DNA from: Naegleria gruberi
Taxonomy: Eukaryota
Reading direction: 5' to 3' (one strand)
Assembly: GCA_000004985.1 (NCBI GenBank)
Contig: GG738903.1
DNA: 64,000 nucleotides
Of this stretch, positions 42,720-52,417 are shown in pieces; position 1 is the stretch's first letter, and the number at the start of each line of letters is the position of its first letter. The translations under genes and the position numbers were made by a program. The notes under the pieces were generated by a model that searched no databases, was not told where the DNA came from, and saw only the letters and a list, made by a program, of their open reading frames with translations.

Positions 42720-43378
42720 ATGATGAGTTCGGCTGAACAACAACAACAACACCTGTCGGTGGTGGAGGATAGTGATCAAAGAATGGTGGAACATAATGAG
42801 GTTCCGATTATGGCCAAACCAGGAGAAGCAAATGCATACTTTCCAAGTTATACGACAAATCATCCAGTTGAGAGGGATTCTGATGAGGACGAGACTGAGG
42901 AAGTTGATGATGATGAAAATGGAGGACGTTTCTTTGATCCTCTCTTTGAATTCAAGGAACAAGACAGATTGTTGCCATATGCAAACATTGAGAGAATTAT
43001 GAAAAAAACTGTGGAAATGTTTAATAAGAGTGCTAAAATTTCAAAGGAAGCAAAGGAGTGTATGCAAGAATGTGTCACAGAATTTATTTGTTTTGTGACA
43101 GGTGAAGCATCCGATCTTTGTGTAGAAGAAAAGAGAAAAACTGTGGCAGGAGAAGATGTTTTGAATGCCTTGGAAAAACTTGGTTTTGAAAATTATTGTA
43201 AGTTTTTATATTGAGATGAGTATTGTGTTAATTGTGAAAAGGTGGAGCCTTAAAAGAATGTCTGACGAAACATAGAGAATCCATCAAAAATGACAAGAAA
43301 GGATCTGGATCTAACAAGAACAAAAAAAAGTCATCAAAGGGCGGAAAGAATAACAACAATAAGGATACTAATTGTTGA
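42720..43378 (+). CDS. NF-YB / HAP3 histone-fold CCAAT-binding factor subunit, two exons
   Basis: Model join(42720..43197, 43242..43378). Core [20 protein letters not shown]...[55 protein letters not shown] matches NF-YB (REQDRFLPIANV.RIMK...SEASDKC..EKRKTI.GEDIL.AM..LGF). Donor T|GTAAGT; 44-nt intron; acceptor GAAAAG. Exon 2 is ...[19 protein letters not shown]...*. Confidence 0.75.
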
Positions 43379-43401
43379 AGACGGATTAAGTTGGAAGTTT
43401 A

Positions 43402-44487
43402 TTACTTCAATATTATTATTCGATGATTTTCCTTGTCTGCTATATAGAGCTCGCCAGTGATATGATTGATACACAATCCATTTGGATTTCCCTCACTGAA
43501 CTGGATTGATTTTAGGTAATTTCCCTCTGGTGAAAATATTAAAACTCTTCTATTAGTGATTCCATCACAAACAAGAATTTGTTTTGTGATCTTGTCTACT
43601 GTTACAGATGTTGGAAATTCAAACTCACCAACTCCATTACCTCTGCTACCAAATTTGAAAAATAATACCTTGCCTCTTGTATCTGTAACATACACTCTAT
43701 TATTATGTCTATCAGATATGATACATTGATTTTCATGATTGACTGTAATACCAAAAGGTGACTCCATTTTGAGCTTTCTTTCACATCTCTTTCCAAAAGC
43801 ATATAAAAAGTCACCATCCTTTGAAAGCACTTTAATTCTATGATTGGACGAATCTGATATGAATATATCACCATAATTTCCACCATTTTCAAAAGTATTC
43901 ACATGTATTCCACAAATTCCATTGAATTGATAGGGTCCATTGCCAGGTTTCAATCTTAGACCTCTCCTCCAAAGTTGTTCATGCTTTATCAAATCGTAAC
44001 AATAAATACATTCATCATCACCTGCAACTAATAAATTCCCATAAATATCTATTTCCATAAAAAGTGGTTTGAAAACCAAATCAATTTTATATTGAAATTC
44101 TCGTGTTGTTAAATCAAAGGCTTGAATCCTCCTATTGCCATGATCAGCAACTAGCAATATGTGATTTTCATGTGATATTTTTACATCGTATGGAAGTGAA
44201 AATTTGCCACATTCCGAATCCTCCCAAGAAGAAGCAATAATACCCAAACTATCTTCATCATAGGATGGCATTACCAATAATTTCGGAATGCAACCAACAA
44301 TCTTTAGAGAATCACTCAATCCACATTCCAAAAAATCTTTTGATTTTCTCATCCCTTTCCTCATATTTTCCGTTAATTTTCTCAAGAGCCAATCTAAATG
44401 ACTAAATTCCTCTTCCTCTTGATCAGTCTGCACATGATTAAAATCGTGTAGAATCAACACAAAGGTCACAGCTGATTCTCTTTTCAT
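43402..44487 (-). CDS. NHL-repeat beta-propeller protein (361 aa)
   Basis: ATG at 44487. Repeated NHL-type blades (LLVADHGNRRIQAFD; IFISDSSNHRIKVL; CIISDRHNNRVYVTD; LVCDGITNRRVLIFS; LYIADKENHRIIILK). Confidence 0.6.
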   Translation of the reverse strand: MKRESAVTFVLILHDFNHVQTDQEEEEFSHLDWLLRKLTENMRKGMRKSKDFLECGLSDSLKIVGCIPKLLVMPSYDEDSLGIIASSWEDSECGKFSLPYDVKISHENHILLVADHGNRRIQAFDLTTREFQYKIDLVFKPLFMEIDIYGNLLVAGDDECIYCYDLIKHEQLWRRGLRLKPGNGPYQFNGICGIHVNTFENGGNYGDIFISDSSNHRIKVLSKDGDFLYAFGKRCERKLKMESPFGITVNHENQCIISDRHNNRVYVTDTRGKVLFFKFGSRGNGVGEFEFPTSVTVDKITKQILVCDGITNRRVLIFSPEGNYLKSIQFSEGNPNGLCINHITGELYIADKENHRIIILK

Positions 44488-44493
44488 TTTTTT

Positions 44494-45434
44494 TTAAAAT
44501 TCAAAAACAAAAGGTTTTCCAATTAGTTTGTCTTCCTTATTGCCAATAACAGAAATTGCATTAATATACATTCTGTCACTCTCCTTCTCATAGGCAAATC
44601 CTCTTGCTTTTGGACAGTGATTATGACCAAAACAGTGTACCTTTAAATTTGTGAAATGATTCGAGTCCAACAATGTGGTCAACTCTTCAGATCCTCTCGA
44701 TGATCCATTTGATGTTCTATCCATATTGAATTTACAACATGGAAAGTGTGTCATTAGAATGTCAATATCATTCGGAATATTAAACGATGTCTTTTTACAA
44801 AACAAAGGTGGTGCCCAATTTCCTCTATATCTCACTCCATGAATCTTGATAGAATGATTATTATCGTCCACAATCGTCACACTTTCGTCCAACAGTAAAT
44901 AATATTGTGATTTGAGAGTGGATTTGGATTTTTCCTCTCGGAAATACTTTTGAAATCGTGGATAGACAATAATATCAGGTGACCATTCATGATTTCCTAT
45001 ATATTTAATAATTAATTATTAAATCATATAATATATGTAATAATATATTGATGATGATGATATATTTGTCATGTTCATAACCTACCCACAATCATGATAA
45101 TATATTTAAATACTCCATCACATTGTTTAATTAAATATTCAAAAAACGTGTCAACTTCTGTGAATAATCCAGTATTGGTAAAGTCACCACAATGCAGTAG
45201 AACATCACCTGCAGGCAGATCAACCATTTCATGCATACAATGTGTATCGGAAATGAGTACAAACTTCATGGGTTGAATTGGAAGATTTGAATGATGTTTT
45301 ATGGATCGTTGTGGAACTTGTAGTGTTGTAATTTCCTCTTCGATTGGAGATGTTGATTCTCCTCCTCCTACTACTTCCACTGATGATGTGTGATGATTCT
45401 TTTGATAGTAAAAACTGCTTTCGTTTTCATTCAT
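44494..45434 (-). CDS. calcineurin-like metallophosphoesterase, two exons (about 283 aa)
   Basis: Model join(complement(45086..45434), complement(44494..44996)). Exon 1 has ...KFVLISDTHC...GDVLLHCGDFTNTG...IMIVG, then donor G|GTAGGT and an 89-nt intron ending TATAG. Exon 2 completes the motif as IVGNHEW (GNHE) and later ...VHCFGHNH... Its stop, TAA at 44494–44496, is only 6 nt from the NHL gene ATG. Confidence 0.7.
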
Positions 45435-45640
45435 TTTTTCAATTTGTTTTATTCAAATTTGTGTCATCTAAACTTGGAATTTGTAATCAACTAGACAATT
45501 TTAAAAGTATTTCAAAAAGTTCAAGAAATTTATGAATTTGGAGTTTCAAAAATTCTCCATTAGCTTCAACTTTTTTGAACTAAGTTGCAAATATGAAATT
45601 TTCAACAATAAGCTGGTTCAATAATTACAATGAACTCTCT

Positions 45641-47639
45641 CTATCTTACATCTGAAATTACCTCTGCAAAGATTTCATCCCAAGGAGTTAGTGCCTCTTC
45701 AGTTACTTCATTTAGTGAGGAGCTAGGAGTCATTTCTTCCTCTTGAGTGAGTTGTTTCAGAATACTCATTAGTACTTCATCATTTTGCAGTGGAATGTCA
45801 TCGTTTGGTGTACCAGAGGAACTGATGATTGATAAATTATCTTTCAGTAAACTGAGTGGAGAAATATTTCTATTGAGAACTTGTGTCATTTCATCAATGA
45901 GATCCTTGTGCATATTTTGAACTCGTCTATATCGTTTACTCATCAAGCTGATTGCTCTAAAGTCCTTCTCCAGAATTGAGAAACTGTCAAATGTGATGGT
46001 TTGTCCTGAGGAAGTAAGAATGCTGGCCTTTCTAGGTTTCAATCCTTTTTCTACCATTTTACAAACATTCAAGTGAAATGCACAAGCTTCCACAACAGGT
46101 GAAAGAACTGCAAATAAGCAATATCTAATTAATTTTCAAAATGGTTATCAATTTGATGATTTTGGATACTTACGGAAACAATTCATTTTCAGTCAATAAG
46201 GTTATTCTGAGTGCACTTTCTTCCATCATTGAATAGCTCACTTCTTGAATCTGTTTCAAGAATAAAAATGCATACCCTTCTGATAAAATTGTTGTAAACA
46301 ATCTCTGATGTTTAAAGTATCCATCGCTGTGGCAGTCAGTTAGAGCTTTCATAGCTTCTGATTTGTGTTTCATGAGGGCCTTGAATATAAAGTGAGAAAC
46401 TTGTTTGAAGAGTACATAGTTTTGAGGAGTAATTTTGGTATTTCTCATGTAGTCCCAAGTACCTGGCAGTAAGAATTCATCGAGTTTTCTATTTACAGAG
46501 TAGAAAAACAGTTGGTACATGTTATCCAACAGATTTTCCATATTATTCAATTCTTTCATAAATCTGGCCGAAACTAGAGTCTTGTGATGGACTAAACTAG
46601 CATAAAATCTATTTCTCAAGGTTTTTTCGTTATCCAAATAAAAATTAATAAGGGTATGATAATAGCTTGCTTTGATTTGATTTCCTTCTGCGACACAAGT
46701 CATAAACATCAAGTGACAAGAGGCACCCCAATAAAACTGTGTGATATGATCCACAGAAAGTGCTGCAATTTCACATTCTGCCCTTCTCAAAATATAATCC
46801 ACATAGTCCAATTCACCCAACAGTTGTGAACTCAATGTCAAAATACCCAAATAGAAAGCATAAATACATCTCAATTCCCCCTTTGATTTTATCCATCCAT
46901 CATTATGAAGCAATTCAACATCTTCCCCTCTCTCAAAACAATGCAAGTAATTATTCACAAAATGTACAAGTTTAGCCCTCTCAATCAGAGGATGAATACC
47001 ACAAATGAAAGTAAAGTACAACTCAATCACCCTCATAGGTGTAATTGGAGAGGGTTTAGTTGTAAATATTCCAGCACTACCATTTGCATTATTGGTCATT
47101 GTGATATCGGTACTACTCTGATCATCGGAAGTCTTTTTCTTAATAGTATCATCGGATGATGATGACGATTTGGGTTTATCCTTTGATTTTAATGAATATA
47201 ATTCAGAACCCTTTCCTCTCTTTTGTGGTGTATTGTACTATAAGAAGTTTTCCGTTCAAATATTCATATGGAGAGTGCAATTATTATTGTAATTAAATAT
47301 ATCGAAATATTGAGTGATAATATTTTGATGATGGGGGTATAAGGAATATTAATAATTGAAACATACAACACATTCCGATCCGACTGCTAAACACTTTGAG
47401 CATCCACTTAATTTCTTATCACACTATTTTCATATCATTGTGATGATGAAGTTTTTCAATGAAAGTTTTAAAAGATGAAAACAAACCTTTTTATGCAATT
47501 TTCTACACCGAATACATGCAATGGGATGGCAATCTCCACTAAACGTCAATTGATTCATTTGCTGATGTTCCTGTTGTTTGTCATTACCTTCACTATTATC
47601 GGGAGGAGATGATGATGAAGGATCCACTTGATGAAACAT
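45641..47639 (-). CDS. Gal4-type Zn(II)2Cys6 transcription factor with fungal-specific TF middle-homology-like region, four exons
   Basis: Model join(complement(47487..47639), complement(47367..47423), complement(46174..47237), complement(45641..46124)). The Zn cluster ACIRCRKLHKK|CDKKLSGCSKCLAVGSECV (C-x2-C-x6-C-x6-C-x2-C-x6-C) is split across exons 1 and 2. Donors are GTTTGT, GTATGT, GTAAGT; introns are 63, 129 and 49 nt. Exon 3 holds the long alpha-helical regulatory region. Exons total 1758 nt, in frame. Confidence 0.7.
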
Positions 47640-47971
47640 TTTTTTCGTAGTTTAAAGTAACTAGTCGATCGGTTCTGCATGCCAAAACCAGAGAATGCAT
47701 TGGCCAAGTTTGAATGTGGTTGGAAATGTTGGTAAAGTGCTTCGGCGGGGTGGAGTTTTTAATATGTACGCCTTTAACAATGTTGTAAAAAATATTTAAA
47801 TATTTAAAAAAAAAATATCCACAGTAATTCTACTAACCAATGTTATTACAGCAAAATCATCCTCCTTAGAATTTGTATCTTTAAAACGGAACAAACCTAA
47901 CTAGAGAGAACAAAGAGGATCACTACAAGTTAAACAATAACAATTATCGTACTTAAACCAGAAAGAAAAAA

Positions 47972-50539
47972 ATGATTGGTGCTGGTGGTATGCCAGGTGC
48001 CGGTGCCGATGCTGCTGGTTCTTCCGATGATGCTCCTCCATCTGGTGCTCAACCAAAACTCTCTCGACTCTTACAAATTGAACAAGATTTTGCTGCAAAA
48101 GATGACCTTGGTATTATTTCCGAAATACATGATAGTAACCAAAAGATTCTGTTGATATCATGCCACACCTTGAATGCGGATCATTCTCTCAACACGGATC
48201 ATGTAATAGTCAAGATTGATACCATCATTAGATCATACAAGATCCGAAATCCCAATACCACAATCAAGGCACCTCTCATGATTAAAACATCCAACTCGGA
48301 GGCATTCCTACAAAGATTGAACAAATTGGGGGTATGCAGAGAAGTGAAGGAAAATATAGTGTTCTATGATGAAATTTCAAAATTTAGCAAATTTGCAAGT
48401 TTGTTTTGTGATTGTTGCTTTCAAAACATGTTGGAACGAAAGCAAATTGGTTTCAATTTTAAAACCTTGTACATGTTGAAAATGCAACTCAGGAGGCCTT
48501 ATCCTTCATGTCTGGATCGATTTAAAAGTGATATTATCATTGGTGCTTATATTGCCTTTCCAGAGTTTGTGTTTGGTGTGACGAATGTTTGGATTAATGA
48601 GAATGAAAGTTTTGGAGTTTACAAGATGAAAAACAGCGACCAGCTACTAATTCACAGTCAAAGTCAAGTTGTATTGGAGAATCTTTTTTACCTAGGATAT
48701 ATTGAGAGTATGGAAAGTTTGGTTTCAATCCAAGGAAGCTCACTATTGGGTTCTAGAGTTTCATTTAGAGGATCAAAATCTGACAAGTTGTACATTCTTC
48801 CGTGCATATCTTTAATGAATAACCTAATAATGGCATCTGTTCCATCTCAAGTGGAATTGGATTATAAATCATGGTTGAATATTGGAACAAGAGAGGATTG
48901 GAAATCATATGTAGATCAGTGTGCCCCAACACCATTTCTCAATAACTCAAATCCAACAATTGGTTATTTCCCTGCCCTATATAAGGGTCCAAAGCATCTT
49001 TTCAATCGATCAGATGCTTCGTTTGTAAATATTGAGGAGGTTTGGGATATTTTACATAACAACAAATTACCAGAAAAGAGACCAAAAGACAGAAACACTT
49101 CACCTGGAGAAGTGACAGTATTATTAGATGAAACGTTTGATAGTAATGTTCTAAGGAGATTTCTCCAGTTGAAATTGAGATTTCCATTGAACCAAAATGT
49201 ATTATCTTTAAGAGGGAAGATTGTGGATTGGTTGTTTAACCATAATCTAGTACTTCCAGTGACTGAAGACCGAACAACTACTCAACTAGTAATACGTAAT
49301 GAATCTATTACTGATTCATCAGAAACTGCTATATTCTATCCTGTAATTAATGACGAGCAGATATCTAATTTATTCCTCAAACAAGAGTATTTGACAAAAC
49401 TAAAAAATAGCCTGTCAGCATTCTTAATTCTCCTTTTCAACTATCTGGAGAAAAATGGGATAGATTATGAGAGAGATCATCCTTTTAGAGATTACTTGGA
49501 TGCAAATCAAACCATTTGGAAAGATTATGACAAGAATTTAATTCACTATCAGCTAGTTGGTAGTACCAAAATCCTCTCAGAATTGAGCTATCAATCTATG
49601 TTTCCTAAACTAAAGCCAAGTATGATTATTTCTAATCAGTATATGTTACTAGATGGAATGAGAATGGAGATTCAAAATATGGATGATTTGAAACGACAAC
49701 TGATAGATTTATATTCAGCAACAGCCTACAGAATGACAATCGTTCATGGAATGTTTGATGATCCTTCTTTTGATAGAACAGTTGCTAACAGTTACATTCT
49801 TTCACTGAATAATTATCTGGAAATATTAGAGAGCCATAGTAAAACAGAAGTTATTGAAGAGGAGGAGCTAGATGAGCTCGATTACCTATTTATAGCTCTT
49901 TCCTCGAAACATTTATTGAAATCATACTCTTACTATGCTGAGTTTAACATTAGATATGCATTTAATGACGGCTGGTATACTGCACAAATGGTTTTTAAAG
50001 AATATGTCCAAAGAAAGAATTTTATTAAGAGGAAACCTAACACTCTACTAATCAATAATTTCCTAAAAAATCAATTAAGAATACTGCATCCAATTATACC
50101 AGCATTCGCATCTTACTGTTGGACTGACATACTTGGTATCAAAGATTCAATACTCTGTTATGAAAATATTCCATTACCTGATCCTAAATATTTACTGTCT
50201 AATCATTTAATAAGAGCAGTACTTCCAAAATCCAAGTTGAGGAAAAGAAAATATTCAACAGCTAGGATAACTGTTTGTGACAAGAAGGAGGAATGGCATG
50301 TGAAAGCCTTAGCAGCTCTCAAAGCACATGAAGAGTATATTAATTCACAAGATTGCTTGAACAAACTTTTCTTGTACGTAAAGGATTATTTGAAAGAAAA
50401 AGATATCAAAACGATAATGCGATATATGAGTGCTCTGTGTGAGTTGTACAAAGAACTGGGATCTGATATTTTCATGAATGGAATGAATATGAATTGCTCA
50501 AGCCACATTTTGAATGGATTAGTGAACAATTCCAATTAG
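47972..50539 (+). CDS. hypothetical 855-aa protein
   Basis: ATG at 47972. The Gly/Ala-rich N-terminus (MIGAGGMPGAGADAAGSS...) uses preferred GGT/GCT/CCA codons. Long continuous ORF with no confident domain. Confidence 0.5.
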   Translation: MIGAGGMPGAGADAAGSSDDAPPSGAQPKLSRLLQIEQDFAAKDDLGIISEIHDSNQKILLISCHTLNADHSLNTDHVIVKIDTIIRSYKIRNPNTTIKAPLMIKTSNSEAFLQRLNKLGVCREVKENIVFYDEISKFSKFASLFCDCCFQNMLERKQIGFNFKTLYMLKMQLRRPYPSCLDRFKSDIIIGAYIAFPEFVFGVTNVWINENESFGVYKMKNSDQLLIHSQSQVVLENLFYLGYIESMESLVSIQGSSLLGSRVSFRGSKSDKLYILPCISLMNNLIMASVPSQVELDYKSWLNIGTREDWKSYVDQCAPTPFLNNSNPTIGYFPALYKGPKHLFNRSDASFVNIEEVWDILHNNKLPEKRPKDRNTSPGEVTVLLDETFDSNVLRRFLQLKLRFPLNQNVLSLRGKIVDWLFNHNLVLPVTEDRTTTQLVIRNESITDSSETAIFYPVINDEQISNLFLKQEYLTKLKNSLSAFLILLFNYLEKNGIDYERDHPFRDYLDANQTIWKDYDKNLIHYQLVGSTKILSELSYQSMFPKLKPSMIISNQYMLLDGMRMEIQNMDDLKRQLIDLYSATAYRMTIVHGMFDDPSFDRTVANSYILSLNNYLEILESHSKTEVIEEEELDELDYLFIALSSKHLLKSYSYYAEFNIRYAFNDGWYTAQMVFKEYVQRKNFIKRKPNTLLINNFLKNQLRILHPIIPAFASYCWTDILGIKDSILCYENIPLPDPKYLLSNHLIRAVLPKSKLRKRKYSTARITVCDKKEEWHVKALAALKAHEEYINSQDCLNKLFLYVKDYLKEKDIKTIMRYMSALCELYKELGSDIFMNGMNMNCSSHILNGLVNNSN

Positions 50540-50627
50540 ATGGATATCCAATTGATTGTTACTTGGAAAGGTCATCTGAGAACTCAACCATAGCCAATCC
50601 TTTCTTTCCTATTGTAAAATTAATTGA

Positions 50628-51329
50628 TTAATGAGCTTTATTTACATATTCCATACACCTTGGATAATTCCATTCATCAATATTTACAGATGATACACTC
50701 TTTCCTTCAGCCATCTGTGTCAATAAATCTGTCACCTCAATCAATTCTGTATCTTGAGGATTTCCATAAAAAGCTCTCATCAAGAGCATGTTACGTAAAT
50801 TATCTGGCAAGTATGAAATTTCATTATCCAAAAAGATGGTCTTTTCCATATCTCTTCCCAAACTATTCACTCTCTTGGTTTGGAAAATATGATGTCTATA
50901 CAATCTATGTGTGAAAACATCAGGCATGTGTTTCAGAATATTATCAGCATGAAATTTCACACCAGCAGTCAACAAGACAATTTCAAATCGTTTCTCCATC
51001 TCTACCAAAAACTCTTCCAATCCAGGTCTCAACATGACATGACATTCTGGATAACAAGGAAACGAATTATGGAATGGTCTCTCCGAACTAGCAATTAAAC
51101 ATTCATCCAAGTCCAAAACCAAAGTCATTTCTCTATCGGATTTGATAGCAGGAAGAGAACACAATCCATCCCGAGAGGCATACTTGTAATTGATGGAATT
51201 ATGACGAATTGTTGATGCAGATGATGATGAATTTTTGAATATTCTTCCATTCTTGTTGTTGCTGGTAACAAGGAAGGAAATTGATGATGAAAACTTGCAA
51301 GATTTTTGTGCTGTGAGAACTTTGAGCAT
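50628..51329 (-). CDS. NIF/FCP1-like HAD-family protein phosphatase (CTD small phosphatase / Dullard-like)
   Basis: ATG at 51329. Catalytic motif LVLDLDECLIAS (DxDx[TC][LV]) plus NIF-domain spacing (...EIVLLTAG...FLDN...). Confidence 0.7.
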   Translation of the reverse strand: MLKVLTAQKSCKFSSSISFLVTSNNKNGRIFKNSSSSASTIRHNSINYKYASRDGLCSLPAIKSDREMTLVLDLDECLIASSERPFHNSFPCYPECHVMLRPGLEEFLVEMEKRFEIVLLTAGVKFHADNILKHMPDVFTHRLYRHHIFQTKRVNSLGRDMEKTIFLDNEISYLPDNLRNMLLMRAFYGNPQDTELIEVTDLLTQMAEGKSVSSVNIDEWNYPRCMEYVNKAH

Positions 51330-51430
51330 TTTTTTCTAATTTTTAATAAAATTCATTTTCCTTTCACAAATTAATGAAATAAGGTACATATCATCAACAA
51401 TTCTTAATTTACATTTACATGAGGAGAGGT

Positions 51431-52099
51431 TTATTTTTCTTTACGATACATGACATCTGTTCTCATGACATATTTAAATTCATTTGGATCACTCAACACA
51501 CTTCCTTCATGATAATTCGAATGAACAAACATCAAGACTTGACCTGCTTGTGGTTTCACACTATGAGTTATTTCACATCTCGAATTGAGAAAGTTAGTTT
51601 CACCTCCACTCTCCACATCATTCAAATATAAGAGAACTGTAATGAAAGATCTTTCCACAACTTTCATTTTCTTTCCATTAATTTCCACATTAAGAGTTGG
51701 TCTCTGAAAACAACCATCATAATGAGGAGCAAAATATTCTCCAGCTGCATACTTGTAGAAACGAATTCTTTCATTGAGACCACACAATTTAAAACCATCT
51801 TGTGGACCTACTTTGAGTGATGACACATTCTGTGGCAGGTATTTCTCTAATTTTTTGTAAAGCATGTCAGAATATTGCTTTTTATCAATCATGGCACGAG
51901 AGTTATTTCTAACATCTTTCATCATGGTAGATGAAGTAGGACCTGTTGAAATTGGGGCTTCTCCATAACCAATTTCTTCACTTTCTTTCAAAAGTTTCGA
52001 ACATTCTTCTGTGGAGAATAAATTCTTGATGAGCCAAATGTTGTTTGGATCAATGGTTTCAAGATGTGGTTGCTTAGAGATGGTGGATGAAGAGATCAT
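51431..52099 (-). CDS. 2-oxoglutarate/Fe(II)-dependent oxygenase, prolyl 4-hydroxylase-like (222 aa)
   Basis: ATG at 52099. HxD in ...FAPHYDGCF..., ...ITVLLYLNDVESGGETNFL..., distal His in ...MFVHSNYHEGS...: a P4Hc-type jelly-roll signature. Confidence 0.65.
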   Translation of the reverse strand: MISSSTISKQPHLETIDPNNIWLIKNLFSTEECSKLLKESEEIGYGEAPISTGPTSSTMMKDVRNNSRAMIDKKQYSDMLYKKLEKYLPQNVSSLKVGPQDGFKLCGLNERIRFYKYAAGEYFAPHYDGCFQRPTLNVEINGKKMKVVERSFITVLLYLNDVESGGETNFLNSRCEITHSVKPQAGQVLMFVHSNYHEGSVLSDPNEFKYVMRTDVMYRKEK

Positions 52100-52243
52100 T
52101 GCTATTGTTTCTTTTGTTTTTTTGAAAATAAATGATACAAACAGTCTGAAAAGTTTAAATTAAACGATGAACATTGAGTTCACAGTTCGAAGCTCGGTAA
52201 TATGAAAACACGTTATTAAGGGTAATCAAGGTTAACAAATGCA

Positions 52244-52295
52244 GCCCGTCTAGCTCAGTCGGTAGAGCGCAAGGCTCTTAACCTTGTGGTGGGCG
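52244..52295 (+). pseudogene. truncated tRNA-Lys(CUU) copy lacking the T-arm (21-nt internal deletion)
   Basis: GCCCGTCTAGCTCAGTCGGTAGAGCGCAAGGCTCTTAACCTTGTG|GTGGGCG is identical to the tRNA-Lys at 4227–4299 except that GTCGTGGGTTCGACCCCCACG (T-stem/loop, B box) is missing. The same 3' flank ATTC and a T-run follow. Confidence 0.7.
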
Positions 52296-52417
52296 ATTCC
52301 TTTTACGATTCTGTCTGTTTATTTTGAAATAGTTAATTTTACAATAATAAATAATTTATCTATAATATTTCAAAACAATAACAATACTATCTATTTATTA
52401 ATTTTTATTTAAAAAAA

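Noticed and set aside
42588-43078. Minus-strand ORFs 42588–42962 and 42860–43078
   Set aside because: They are antisense to the NF-YB gene and its promoter and are low complexity. They are rejected in favour of the conserved histone-fold ORF.
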